DNA from: an uncultured bacterium | Lineage (GTDB): Bacteria; Babelota; Babeliae; Babelales; Babelaceae | Direction of reading: 5' to 3' | Assembly (NCBI GenBank): GCA_963819815.1 | Contig: CAWFXL010000001.1 | Location: forward strand, 1,408,001-1,472,000 | DNA: 64,000 nucleotides | In this document: piece by piece, positions 9,802 to 18,815 of the stretch | Layout: the number at the start of each line of letters is the position of its first letter | Position numbering within the stretch: position 1 is the first letter of the stretch | The notes under the pieces: generated by a model | Seen by the model: only the letters and a program-made list of their open reading frames with translations | Databases searched by the model: none | Told to the model about the DNA's origin: nothing | Translations under genes and position numbers: made by a program

Positions 9802-10146
9802 ATGAACTACAAACTATTGCTACTTTTATTGATGAGTATGATTTGTATACGTGTGAGTTGTAAGGTGGAATCTCAAGTAGCAGTGGCCGTTCGTCTTCCT
9901 AGATTAACTGAGGAGATAGCCTTAAATGCGGCAGCCTTAAGTTCAGATGGTGCAAAAATTATTACCGGATCGGATTCGGGTGTCGTTAAAGTGTGGGACA
10001 AGTCATCGGGGCGGCTTATTGAAACTCGTGAGTTTGGTAGCCCCGTTATAGCGGTCTACTTTAGTGCTGATGGCTCAAGGGTACATGTGAGATTACGTGA
10101 TGACTCGGCTCATGAATGGGATCTTGGCGAAACTGCAAATTACTAA
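9802..10146 (+). CDS. Small secreted WD40-repeat protein (about two repeats)
   Basis: SSDGAKIITGSDSGVVKVWD and FSADGSRV...SAHEWD; signal-like N-terminus. Confidence 0.75.
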   Translation: MNYKLLLLLLMSMICIRVSCKVESQVAVAVRLPRLTEEIALNAAALSSDGAKIITGSDSGVVKVWDKSSGRLIETREFGSPVIAVYFSADGSRVHVRLRDDSAHEWDLGETANY

Positions 10147-10392
10147 AATTAATGAAAAATGAGTGCTAGTGGTCCAGACCTAAATCTTCCACATGATCAT
10201 CTTATCTCTTTACTGCCTTTAACACATCCAAACAGCTCTAATACGGTCCTATCTATTGAAAATTCAGACGAATTCATCTATTTGTTAAAAAATCACATCT
10301 CGAATATAGACGTCTAAGTGCACTTAGCGGCACCATTCTAAGGGGGTTTGCTGTAGGTATCCCCCACATATTGTGCGTATTCAGCTCACCCA

Positions 10393-10522
10393 TTTTATCC
10401 GCCTACTAATGCGACTTCTTTTCGTAGACGGATAAATCAAATATTCGTTTTATCCGTCTGCGAATCGCATCCTTTTTCACAGACGGATAGATTAAAAAAG
10501 TATTTTATCCGTCTGTGAAAAA
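10393..10522. repeat. 55-bp-period palindromic (REP/BIME-like) intergenic array
   Basis: TTTTATCCG at 10393, 10448, 10503; inverse AGACGGATA at 10426, 10481. Confidence 0.8.
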
Positions 10523-10703
10523 ACACTTTGTTTAAAGAAGTCCGCCCACTCTGACGAATGGGTCCACAGAAGGTCCCCACAAGATCTTTTTGCGTCTCTA
10601 CGATAAGCGGACGGAGCTAGTGAGCATCTTTTGTTAAGCGATTTGCCCTATAGGTATCTACGCGCAATACCCACATAAATCACTTGCAGTACAAATGTGG
10701 ATA

Positions 10704-10734
10704 GCGGGTGATACTTTGTTACTGTATCACCCGC
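10704..10734. terminator. Hairpin downstream of the 10755 gene, probable terminator
   Basis: GCGGGTGATAC-N9-GTATCACCCGC perfect 11-bp stem. Confidence 0.55.
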
Positions 10735-10754
10735 CGGGTTGAAAGGGGTGCTTG

Positions 10755-11864
10755 TTATGCTCGTCTACATGCTTCTTGATAATATCTTTCCATGATGCTT
10801 AACATGTTGCCTTTATCGGGCGAGTTCTTATAAACGCTGATGAGTGAGTAGGCTTCTTTAAGGGACTCTTCTCGACTCTGTCCAGACCTTAAGCTGCAAT
10901 GAAGCATTACTGCTAAAAAATATTTATTCGCTTTGTGAGCAAATATTTTTTCGGGAGTAACTGTCCGAATATCGATAACATCAATGGTAGTAATTTGTTT
11001 AAATACACATGCTGCATAGCGCCACATAAAGTTTGGTGGCGTTGCAGACCAAGCTTCCTGAGAGGCCTCTTCTCGATAGGGCTTCAGAAGATTAATACCA
11101 TAGCTAATCCCGAGAGTAAGAAGATGAAGATACTGAGTTTTGGTGAGGGAGACTGCTTTTACAAAATGGTTGATAGCTTTAACGTGTTTAGCATCATATG
11201 CGGTTGTCTTTGATGGATCATAGTTTCGCAAGATGCCGTCATAGGTAAAATAGAATCTATTTGCCCGCTCTCGGTATCTTTCTAGTGCAACACCTCTTGA
11301 GCCGTCAAGCCGCACTACATTCAAAATATAAAGAGCGAGCATCCTTTCGTGCGGGTGGGCTTGTGGGCATGCCATGAGAAAGAGTAATCGCATAACCCGT
11401 TCAAGGGCAAAGTCATGTGCTATGCGGAGAATAGGCGATGATTCGATTTCTTCGTCCTGGTGTGCGATGACCCCTTTTTGAGTTGCGATAGAGATATGGG
11501 CCGACTGGCAGGCCTCTATAAACTGTTTTATAAGGTGGCCATACAGTGATGGCCCCTTATTAATATTGTTTGATAAGGGCGAGGGCATGCATGGTTTGCA
11601 GGTAAGGACAGGTGTCGAAAACAATGAGTTTTGAGATGTCGATACCTCGCGAGCAAGAAGGGAGTTTCCTTTGAAGATCTCTTCAATGAGCTCTTGAATG
11701 TGCTTTCCATAGGCTTCCGTAAAAGTGCATTCATGAGCTTCAAAGGCCTTCTGGATGCAACTCAAGGAGGGTGGTTGTAAGATCGCATTGACGGTAAGAG
11801 CTACATCATTACCCGTGCATGCGAAAAAGAGACTGAGAAGGAAAAAAATAAGTATGAAAATCAT
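10755..11864 (-). CDS. Hypothetical exported protein
   Basis: Long ORF; likely start MIFILIFFLLSLFFAC at 11864, which avoids overlap with the upstream gene. Confidence 0.65.
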   Translation of the reverse strand: MIFILIFFLLSLFFACTGNDVALTVNAILQPPSLSCIQKAFEAHECTFTEAYGKHIQELIEEIFKGNSLLAREVSTSQNSLFSTPVLTCKPCMPSPLSNNINKGPSLYGHLIKQFIEACQSAHISIATQKGVIAHQDEEIESSPILRIAHDFALERVMRLLFLMACPQAHPHERMLALYILNVVRLDGSRGVALERYRERANRFYFTYDGILRNYDPSKTTAYDAKHVKAINHFVKAVSLTKTQYLHLLTLGISYGINLLKPYREEASQEAWSATPPNFMWRYAACVFKQITTIDVIDIRTVTPEKIFAHKANKYFLAVMLHCSLRSGQSREESLKEAYSLISVYKNSPDKGNMLSIMERYYQEACRRA

Positions 11865-11898
11865 GAGAGATCTCCGGGAGGATATGTTACCGAGTGTT

Positions 11899-12861
11899 CT
11901 ACTTAAAAAGATTGTCGTAATTGTAGTTTTTTTGATGTTCGTTGCTCCATCCCGCAGTGGTATTTTTAAGAAACTCAAGACGCTGTATGCGTTCAGGAAT
12001 TGATGCCAAAGAAGAACGACTAACAAAGAAAAATCTTCGTAGATACCACCTATCGATGAAATTTACGATACCTGCATAGCTCGAAAGGAGCTTAAGCTCA
12101 AAGGTGGCTTCTTTGATAAAGCGCTGAGCATTCAAAAAAGGATTTTTGTTCTCATAGGTCTCCTCAAGTGAAGATAGGAGATTTTTAAGAAGTTCGTTTT
12201 GGTTCATTTGATACAGATCGGACAGTGAGCATAGAGATTTCCATTGTGACCAGGTAGCTTTTGAGAGCGCATGAGATGCGTACCAAAGGTACAGATGGAG
12301 TCCACCATAGATGAATGCTCCACATGATAGTGCAGATTTAATTTTATGTTCACGTACCCATTTGAGTATGTTTGATAGAAAGCCCGAAACTTGAGAGGTA
12401 GCTAAAATAGAAGGTTTAGGAAGGGGGGTAACATTTTGGGGGCTCGAATCGGCAGTAGAAGTTTGTGCAGCTTGTTGGGTATTAACGTTGACGTTTATAA
12501 AAACTGGTTGACCGCTTTCCTTGGGGAGTCCTGCCATGACTTCACCGAGTACCTGGGGGATAGAAACCGAAGGTTCGGCGGTCTGAATAATAGTATGTAT
12601 TTTGGGAGAAGATTGAACAATTTCTTGAGAACCTTCTTCTTTTGGCGCTGCCTGAATGGTCTCTGTGGACTCACCAATTTTCTTGTTGAACAGAAGTTCT
12701 GCAGCTATTGCAAAGGGGAGCTGTGCAATATAAAAGGGTACCAGCGAGACTTTTCCCATCCCCCTTATAACATTTATTCCTGTTGTTGAGAGCGCATGAC
12801 TTGCAGATAGCGAAGGGCAAAAAAGAAAGATGCAGATGAAAGGCCTCAACCGTTTGTTCAT
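11899..12861 (-). CDS. Hypothetical exported/membrane protein
   Basis: 320-aa ORF, signal-like N-terminus, low-complexity P/Q/S linker, one internal hydrophobic helix. Confidence 0.7.
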   Translation of the reverse strand: MNKRLRPFICIFLFCPSLSASHALSTTGINVIRGMGKVSLVPFYIAQLPFAIAAELLFNKKIGESTETIQAAPKEEGSQEIVQSSPKIHTIIQTAEPSVSIPQVLGEVMAGLPKESGQPVFINVNVNTQQAAQTSTADSSPQNVTPLPKPSILATSQVSGFLSNILKWVREHKIKSALSCGAFIYGGLHLYLWYASHALSKATWSQWKSLCSLSDLYQMNQNELLKNLLSSLEETYENKNPFLNAQRFIKEATFELKLLSSYAGIVNFIDRWYLRRFFFVSRSSLASIPERIQRLEFLKNTTAGWSNEHQKNYNYDNLFK

Positions 12862-13207
12862 AGGAACCCCTTTATGGGTACGTGAGGCATGTGTTGTTGG
12901 GAGATAACCTTACAAAAGTTTTGAAGAAGTTTCAAGAAAAATCTTTAGTTGATTTTTAATAACCAAGAAATGCTCATAGGTGATATCGAGTTGTTCGGGT
13001 CTTTCGAGCTTTATGTTGCCTGGTTGTATTATACATAGTCTCACTTTGCCCTATTAAAAGGACGTTCTGAGAATGTTAAAAAACTGTTTACAAAAAAAAT
13101 ATCTCGTATAAAGTACTTAATAATTGACATGTAAACCAGTATGAATAAAAAAAAATAATATGTTGCCCACATAGAAGTTTCAAATTGAATGTCATGTGGC
13201 AGCTCAA

Positions 13208-13296
13208 CTAATAAGCAGCGTTAAGACTCTCATGAAAGGTGAGGCATGGGAGTCTTCGAGCAACGAGGCGGTCTCGTTGCTCGGCTGCTTAGTTAG
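13208..13296 (+). ncRNA. Candidate structured RNA (three-way junction), family unknown
   Basis: Outer stem 13208-13219/13284-13296 encloses stems 13223-13234/13245-13256 and 13257-13267/13273-13283. Confidence 0.5.
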
Positions 13297-13386
13297 GAAC
13301 GTTAAAGAATGGAATATTTCCTCAACCTATCATTACCTCGCCCATTGGTGTAAACTATCGATAAAGATCTATCCAGGTAAAAGACT

Positions 13387-13827
13387 ATGGTAAAAGCAGT
13401 TAAAGATGTAATCCCCCTGGTCCTTGCAAGCAAGACTGATTGGCGTAATTCCTTAGCGCGTGAGTGGCACTTAATTGTGGGGACGTTAGCAACGCGGACC
13501 TGTCTTGAAAAAATATATGATGATACGGTGGTTATCGGTGTCTATGAATCACACTGGATGCAAGAACTTTATTTGCTATCGTCCGATATTAAAGACTTAA
13601 TAAATAGCATGCTTCAGGTGCCGCATATTAAGCATGTGCGCTTCAAGCTTGTTGAAGAAAGAACAAAAAATGTGCGCATACTCTACCCAAAAAAATTGAA
13701 GCGTCCTGAGAGTGCGCCACTGAGCGCAAGTCAAGTGCAGGCTTTAAGCCGTATCAAAGATGAGGCTCTGAGAAATGCTTTAAGTGATTTTTGGGCGCGC
13801 TGCACGATGTTCCAGGAGAAGGGATGA
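13387..13827 (+). CDS. DUF721/DciA-like protein
   Basis: W..IVG.LA...T, VIGVYESHWMQEL, IKHVRFK pattern typical of DUF721. Confidence 0.75.
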   Translation: MVKAVKDVIPLVLASKTDWRNSLAREWHLIVGTLATRTCLEKIYDDTVVIGVYESHWMQELYLLSSDIKDLINSMLQVPHIKHVRFKLVEERTKNVRILYPKKLKRPESAPLSASQVQALSRIKDEALRNALSDFWARCTMFQEKG

Positions 13828-14852
13828 ATAAGAAAAAAGTTCTCTGCGGAGTAGCGGGTGCTTCAGGTGGGCATATTATTCCTGGCATTATTCTCCTGCA
13901 ATCATCTGCGCAACAAGAAGATGCACAGGTACTTTTTTTTTCTACCAATTCTCGTTTTGATCGGTCAATCCTGGGGCACTATCCTACAACCTTTGTCCAT
14001 TATTCTTTGCCGGTAATTCCCGTTCCTGGAAAGAGATTCTGGCGCTATCCCTTATTTTTCTACCGAACTATACAATCATTTCTTATAAGTCTTGTGGCGC
14101 TTTGGCGTAATACACCGCAAAGAGTAATAAGTATGGGAGGTTTTATCTCCGTACCTGTATGTCTTGCTGCACGAGCACTTCGCATACCCGTGCACCTATT
14201 TGAATTAAATGCGGTCCCTGGTAAAGCAATACGTTGGTTAGCGCCCTTTGCAGATAACATTTTTGTCTGCTTCCCTGAAGCTGCAGCATTCTTTGATCCT
14301 GTTAAGATGAGGCTGGTCACATATCCTCTTCGTTTTACCGTCAAAGATGTTATCTCTTTGGCTGAAGCGCGAGCGCGGCTTGGTATTAGCGCTCATAAGA
14401 AAGTGATTCTTATACTAGGCGGTTCTCAAGGGTCTCAAGCACTAAATGCACTTGCAAAAAAGTTCTTTGAAAATACTCATGATAAGGACCTTGCAGTTAT
14501 TCATCAGACAGGCCGTGCACAGGGTGATCCACAGAAAGAGTTTGAAGATTTTTATAAGCAACGAGGGATAGAGGCGGTTGTGTTTGCGTATACGCATGAG
14601 TTGAATATAGCTTATTCTGCAGCTGATCTGGTGATTTCTCGAGCGGGCGCAGGGAGCTTATTTGAGCTAGTCTTTTTTAAGAAGAAATCGATTCTTGTCC
14701 CCTTGGAAGTATCTGCAGAGGCGCATCAACTTGAGAATGCAGAATCTATGGTAAAGCAGCATCCTGCGTTATTGTATCTTGCTCGACAAAAACAGGTAGA
14801 GAAAGATCCCCTTCTCTTAGCGAGTCTCGTGAATAAGATTCTTCACGAGTAA
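13824..14852 (+). CDS. murG: UDP-GlcNAc:lipid I GlcNAc transferase
   Basis: GASGGHIIPG, GGFISVP, ELNAVPGKA, GGSQGS, SRAGAGS, HQLENA. Confidence 0.93.
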   Translation: MNKKKVLCGVAGASGGHIIPGIILLQSSAQQEDAQVLFFSTNSRFDRSILGHYPTTFVHYSLPVIPVPGKRFWRYPLFFYRTIQSFLISLVALWRNTPQRVISMGGFISVPVCLAARALRIPVHLFELNAVPGKAIRWLAPFADNIFVCFPEAAAFFDPVKMRLVTYPLRFTVKDVISLAEARARLGISAHKKVILILGGSQGSQALNALAKKFFENTHDKDLAVIHQTGRAQGDPQKEFEDFYKQRGIEAVVFAYTHELNIAYSAADLVISRAGAGSLFELVFFKKKSILVPLEVSAEAHQLENAESMVKQHPALLYLARQKQVEKDPLLLASLVNKILHE

Positions 14853-14881
14853 TCAAGGGATCTTATATTCGAAAGGAATCT

Positions 14882-15481
14882 ATGGCTGAAAAGACAGTGC
14901 TCCTTGCAACCCACAACGGTGCAAAACTTGCTGAAATGCAAGAGCTCTTGGGAGAAATTCCCTATAAGGTGGTTTCTCTTGCTGATGTCGGTATCGACTA
15001 TGATGTTGAAGAGACCGGTACGACCTTTGAAGAGAATGCAGTGCTGAAAGCAAAAACATATAGCCGCATGTCAGGGTTGCTTACTCTGGCTGATGATTCT
15101 GGCCTTGAAGTGAAAGCACTGAATGGTGAACCGGGAATCCATTCAAACCGCTATGCTGGTCCGCATGCAACGGATGAGGACAAGGTCCAGTTTCTTCTTA
15201 AGAAAATGGCTCACGTCCCCATAGGTCAAAGACAGGCTCAATTCACTGTATATATGGCTTTAGCGTGGCCGTCGGGTGAAACGAAAGTAATCGTTGCCCA
15301 TTATACGGGTTCGATTGCGCTGGAACCAAAAGGAAAGATGATTAAGAAGTTTCCTTATCGTGTGATTTTTATTCCCACCAACGCAGATAGGACATTAGCT
15401 GAGCTCCTTGAAGCAGGACTTCCTATAGAGACTCCTCGCACAAAAGCGGTTGAACTCATTAGGGACGTGTTGCTTAACTAA
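14882..15481 (+). CDS. RdgB/HAM1-family NTP pyrophosphatase, paralogue 1 (atypical C-terminal motifs)
   Basis: ATHNGAK, EETGTTFEENAVLKA, ADDSGLEVKALNGEPG; ends ETPR instead of SHR. Confidence 0.9.
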   Translation: MAEKTVLLATHNGAKLAEMQELLGEIPYKVVSLADVGIDYDVEETGTTFEENAVLKAKTYSRMSGLLTLADDSGLEVKALNGEPGIHSNRYAGPHATDEDKVQFLLKKMAHVPIGQRQAQFTVYMALAWPSGETKVIVAHYTGSIALEPKGKMIKKFPYRVIFIPTNADRTLAELLEAGLPIETPRTKAVELIRDVLLN

Positions 15482-15498
15482 ACGGGAGTAAGCTTTCT

Positions 15499-16098
15499 AT
15501 GACTGAAAAGAAGTTGCTCATTGCTACCCATAACAGAACAAAATTTTCTGAAATGAAAGAGCTGTTGGGAGAAATTCCCTATACAGTAGTATCTCTTGCC
15601 GATGTCGGCATAGACTACGATGTTGAAGAGACCGGTACGACGTTTCAAGAGAACGCAGTGCTAAAAGCAAAAACATATAGCCGCTTATCAGGGTTGCTTA
15701 CTCTTGCAGATGATTCAGGCATTGAAGTGAAAGCATTGCATGGTGAACCTGGAGTGCGCACAAAAGAGTATGCGGGTCCAGATGTTACCGACGAAGAAAA
15801 GGTACATTTCCTACTTAAAAAAATGGCACATGTCCCCTCAGGTCAAAGACAGGCTAAAGATGTTACGTATATAGCTTTAGCGTGGCCCTCGGGAGAAACG
15901 TGGGGCGCTCTTGGAGAATGCTCAGGATCGATTGCGCTTGAGCCAAAAGGTAGTCCAATTCAGGGTTTTTCTTTTCGAGTACTTTTTATGCCCCAACATT
16001 CAGATAAGACCTTAGCTGAGCTTACCAAAATGGGTATTTCCACAGAATCACCTCGCGCACGAGCTGCTGTTCTTATCAAGGAATTCCTCATGAGTTAG
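15499..16098 (+). CDS. RdgB/HAM1-family NTP pyrophosphatase, paralogue 2 (atypical C-terminal motifs)
   Basis: Tandem duplicate of the previous gene; ADDSGIEV; ends ESPR. Confidence 0.9.
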   Translation: MTEKKLLIATHNRTKFSEMKELLGEIPYTVVSLADVGIDYDVEETGTTFQENAVLKAKTYSRLSGLLTLADDSGIEVKALHGEPGVRTKEYAGPDVTDEEKVHFLLKKMAHVPSGQRQAKDVTYIALAWPSGETWGALGECSGSIALEPKGSPIQGFSFRVLFMPQHSDKTLAELTKMGISTESPRARAAVLIKEFLMS

Positions 16099-17996
16099 CT
16101 GGGGCGCTTAGGAACTAAAATTGTCATTGCTTGAGGATCATTTTGGTCGCATGGTGCGCCCGTAATGCCATTAATATGTATTTCTTCAAGATGGGAATCG
16201 TAAGTAAAAGATTCGTTAGGTTGGTCAATAGCTTGATTAAATGATCTCCAGAGAGGAAATGCCGTCCGTGATCCAAACGCATATTTACCCAGTGAGCGAT
16301 TATCATCAAATCCGATATATACAGCAGTTGTGTACCGAGGTGTTGCTCCTACAAACCAGCAGGTTCGGGCATCGTTAGTTGTTCCGCTTTTTCCAAGCGC
16401 ATCGCAGAGAGGAAAGAGTTCTGGAGTTTGTTGACGTGCACGTTCAATGCGACAGGTTAGTACTTTTGCTATCTGATCATTCAGTACTGGAGGAAGGACC
16501 TGCCTTTTTGTTGGAGTTGTTTTATAGAGCTTGGTTCCCCATTCATCCTTTACCCACAGAAGCGAGAAGGGCTTTAAATACGTGCCTTTTTGGGCAAAGA
16601 TGTTCATCATAGCAGCAGTTTCAAGAGGGCTTGCTTCAAGGCATCCCAGAGCCAAAGAAGGAAATGCATGTGTCGGCATGAGCTCACATGCTTTAGCAAG
16701 GTTGACGATCTCTTCTGGGCCGGAGCTTAAAAAAGTTTTGATAGCGATGATATTGTTGGAGCTTGATAAGGCTGATGCAAGGGTCAACTGGCCTTTAAAC
16801 TTACGACTTGCATTTGCAGGAGACCATTCTTGCGAACCCTGGGTTAAGGTAAAGGGTTCATCGATGTCGACATCGCTAAAGGACTTTCCGACCTTGAGTG
16901 CTTGTGCATAGACAAGTGGCTTGAAGGTAGACCCGATTTGGCGGCGCGCATTAAAAGCTCGATTGAATTGGGAAGAAGAAAAGTTACAGCCACCAACCAG
17001 CGCCTTAATAGCTCCCGTTGATCCTTCGATGCAGACAAGGGCTCCCTCAAGCTGAGGAGAATGTTTAGCATGGAGATTTTTAAAATGTTCTTTAAAAACA
17101 CGTTCAGCAGTTCTTTGCATAGCACTATTTAACGTCGTTTGGATTCTGAGCCCACCTGTATAGAGTTGCTTTTTACCAAACGATTCTTCAAGATAGAGGC
17201 GCAATGACTCTTTAAGATGTGAGCCGAGTATTCCCTGTTGGGCTGCAATACAGGTAACGGGCTTGGCGCGCGCTTCTTCATAGTCCTTTTGAGAGATATA
17301 TCCAAGCGAAGCCATATTTTTTAGAATAAGGTTGCGCCGATGGATCGTTGATTCAGGGTGATAAAGAGGACAGTATTTGCGAGGATAGCGAACTATGGAG
17401 GCAAGGACCGCGGCTTCGTCGAGGGTACATGACGTGACCGGTTTCCCCCAGAAGCGCTGACATGCTGCTTCTACTCCATAGATTCCGGCGCCAAGATAAA
17501 TGTGGTTTAGATATGTTTCAAGAATCTGTTCTTTGGTAAATTGCTTCTCTACGACTAATGCAAGAATCTGCTCCTTAATTTTTCTCAGGTAGCTTTTTCT
17601 ATTCTCAAAGAACAGCAGACGTACCAGCTGCTGGGTAATCGTACTGGCTCCTTGTGCTTTTCTTAAATTGACCAAATTGACCAAGGTAGAACGTATGATG
17701 CCCTTATAGGAGAGGCCTCCATGTGAGAAAAACTGCCAGTCTTCAGCTGCAACGAAAGCATGGATAACACAGGGCGGTATCTGGCTGAGCTTTCTTACCT
17801 GTCGTTTATCAAGTTCGTAGCGTCCCCATTCATTCCCCTGATCATCAAGAAGAATAGAAGGCTTTCCCGGATTATAGTGTTCAAGTACCGAAAAGTCTAC
17901 CCAAGGGTGTTCTGAAGCATAGAAAACAATTCCAAGACCGGCACTTATTACAAGAGTTGTTCCAAGAAAGAGGATAAACAGTAGGCGAGAGATCAT
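16095..17996 (-). CDS. Class A penicillin-binding protein (PBP1A family)
   Basis: AAEDWQFFSH, GASTITQQL, RKIKE, YLNHIYLG transglycosylase motifs; GSTFKP (SxxK), SNN, KSGT. Confidence 0.95.
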   Translation of the reverse strand: MISRLLFILFLGTTLVISAGLGIVFYASEHPWVDFSVLEHYNPGKPSILLDDQGNEWGRYELDKRQVRKLSQIPPCVIHAFVAAEDWQFFSHGGLSYKGIIRSTLVNLVNLRKAQGASTITQQLVRLLFFENRKSYLRKIKEQILALVVEKQFTKEQILETYLNHIYLGAGIYGVEAACQRFWGKPVTSCTLDEAAVLASIVRYPRKYCPLYHPESTIHRRNLILKNMASLGYISQKDYEEARAKPVTCIAAQQGILGSHLKESLRLYLEESFGKKQLYTGGLRIQTTLNSAMQRTAERVFKEHFKNLHAKHSPQLEGALVCIEGSTGAIKALVGGCNFSSSQFNRAFNARRQIGSTFKPLVYAQALKVGKSFSDVDIDEPFTLTQGSQEWSPANASRKFKGQLTLASALSSSNNIIAIKTFLSSGPEEIVNLAKACELMPTHAFPSLALGCLEASPLETAAMMNIFAQKGTYLKPFSLLWVKDEWGTKLYKTTPTKRQVLPPVLNDQIAKVLTCRIERARQQTPELFPLCDALGKSGTTNDARTCWFVGATPRYTTAVYIGFDDNRSLGKYAFGSRTAFPLWRSFNQAIDQPNESFTYDSHLEEIHINGITGAPCDQNDPQAMTILVPKRPS

Positions 17997-18076
17997 ATAT
18001 TTTTTTATCTCATTGGAGTAGTATATTCCTAGCTCAGTATAGCAAAATTGCATACTTTTTCTACTTGGGGACATTC

Positions 18077-18517
18077 ATGATCTACCGTGTGTTAGTACTG
18101 ATTTTTTTTGGGGGTTTCATCGACCTTACACTGTGGGGACTCTTGCAGAGCCCCTTTCCCTATTGTTCCCGGGCGGTTCTCTATACCCTTATTGGTACCC
18201 AGGCTCCACTAGAAATACTCATGATTGCCCTTGTCCCGGCTCTCTGCCCCTTCTTCTTTTTGGCCGATAGTATGGGAACTGATCTGTGCATAATTGTATG
18301 TTTGGGAAGCTTCTTGCATTATGTACACTCTATCGCCTATATCCCCTTGTGGGGACTCATGGGAACTGTCTTTTGTACGGTCATGGTGCATAGTTTTCTG
18401 CTTGAAGGGCTGATGGCACAAGTACCTCTTTTGACCATGCCCATTTTTGCTTTGATTGGTTCGATAAGTGTGGTATACTTACACGTAGGTAGTCAAGGCA
18501 ATCGCTCACGTTTGTGA
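18077..18517 (+). CDS. Hypothetical polytopic membrane protein (possibly MreD-like)
   Basis: Four to five hydrophobic segments; divergent from the PBP; 3' end overlaps rnpB. Confidence 0.5.
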   Translation: MIYRVLVLIFFGGFIDLTLWGLLQSPFPYCSRAVLYTLIGTQAPLEILMIALVPALCPFFFLADSMGTDLCIIVCLGSFLHYVHSIAYIPLWGLMGTVFCTVMVHSFLLEGLMAQVPLLTMPIFALIGSISVVYLHVGSQGNRSRL

Positions 18518-18814
18518 GAGGAAAGTCCGGACTCCAAACGAATAAGGTACCTTAGGCAACTAAGGGAGGCGTAAGCCTATGGATAAGTGCCACAGAAAAT
18601 AACCGCCGATATCTGATATCGGTAAGGGTGAAAACGGGTGGTAAGAGCACCCGATGCAGTCTAGCAATAGCCTGCAGGGGTAAACCCTACCTGGAGCAAG
18701 ACAAAATAGGCATGTTCGGTGATTCGTTCCGATTTAAACATGCGGGTATGTCGCAAAGATAAATGGTTGCCAATCGTTATATGCGATACAGAATCCGGCT
18801 TATTGACTACCTAC
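18485..18814 (+). ncRNA. rnpB: RNase P RNA
   Basis: GAGGAAAGTCCGG, AAGTGCCACAGAAA, GGTAAACCC...GAGCAAG, ACAGAATCCGGCTTA; P1 ends GTAGGTAGTCAA / TTGACTACCTAC. Confidence 0.97.
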
Positions 18815-18815
18815 T

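Noticed and set aside
10159..10317. 52-aa + strand ORF after the WD40 gene
   Set aside because: No RBS, no WD-like or other recognisable sequence; unsupported
10393..10522. CRISPR array
   Set aside because: Motifs alternate in orientation, the unique intervals are too short to be spacers, and no cas genes are present in the window
12862..13190. Replication origin in the AT-rich intergenic region
   Set aside because: No cluster of DnaA boxes (TTATCCACA-like) seen, and no dnaA/gidA context
13196..13393. 65-aa ORF across the structured element
   Set aside because: GTG start without a clear RBS, no recognisable protein features; the region is better explained by base pairing
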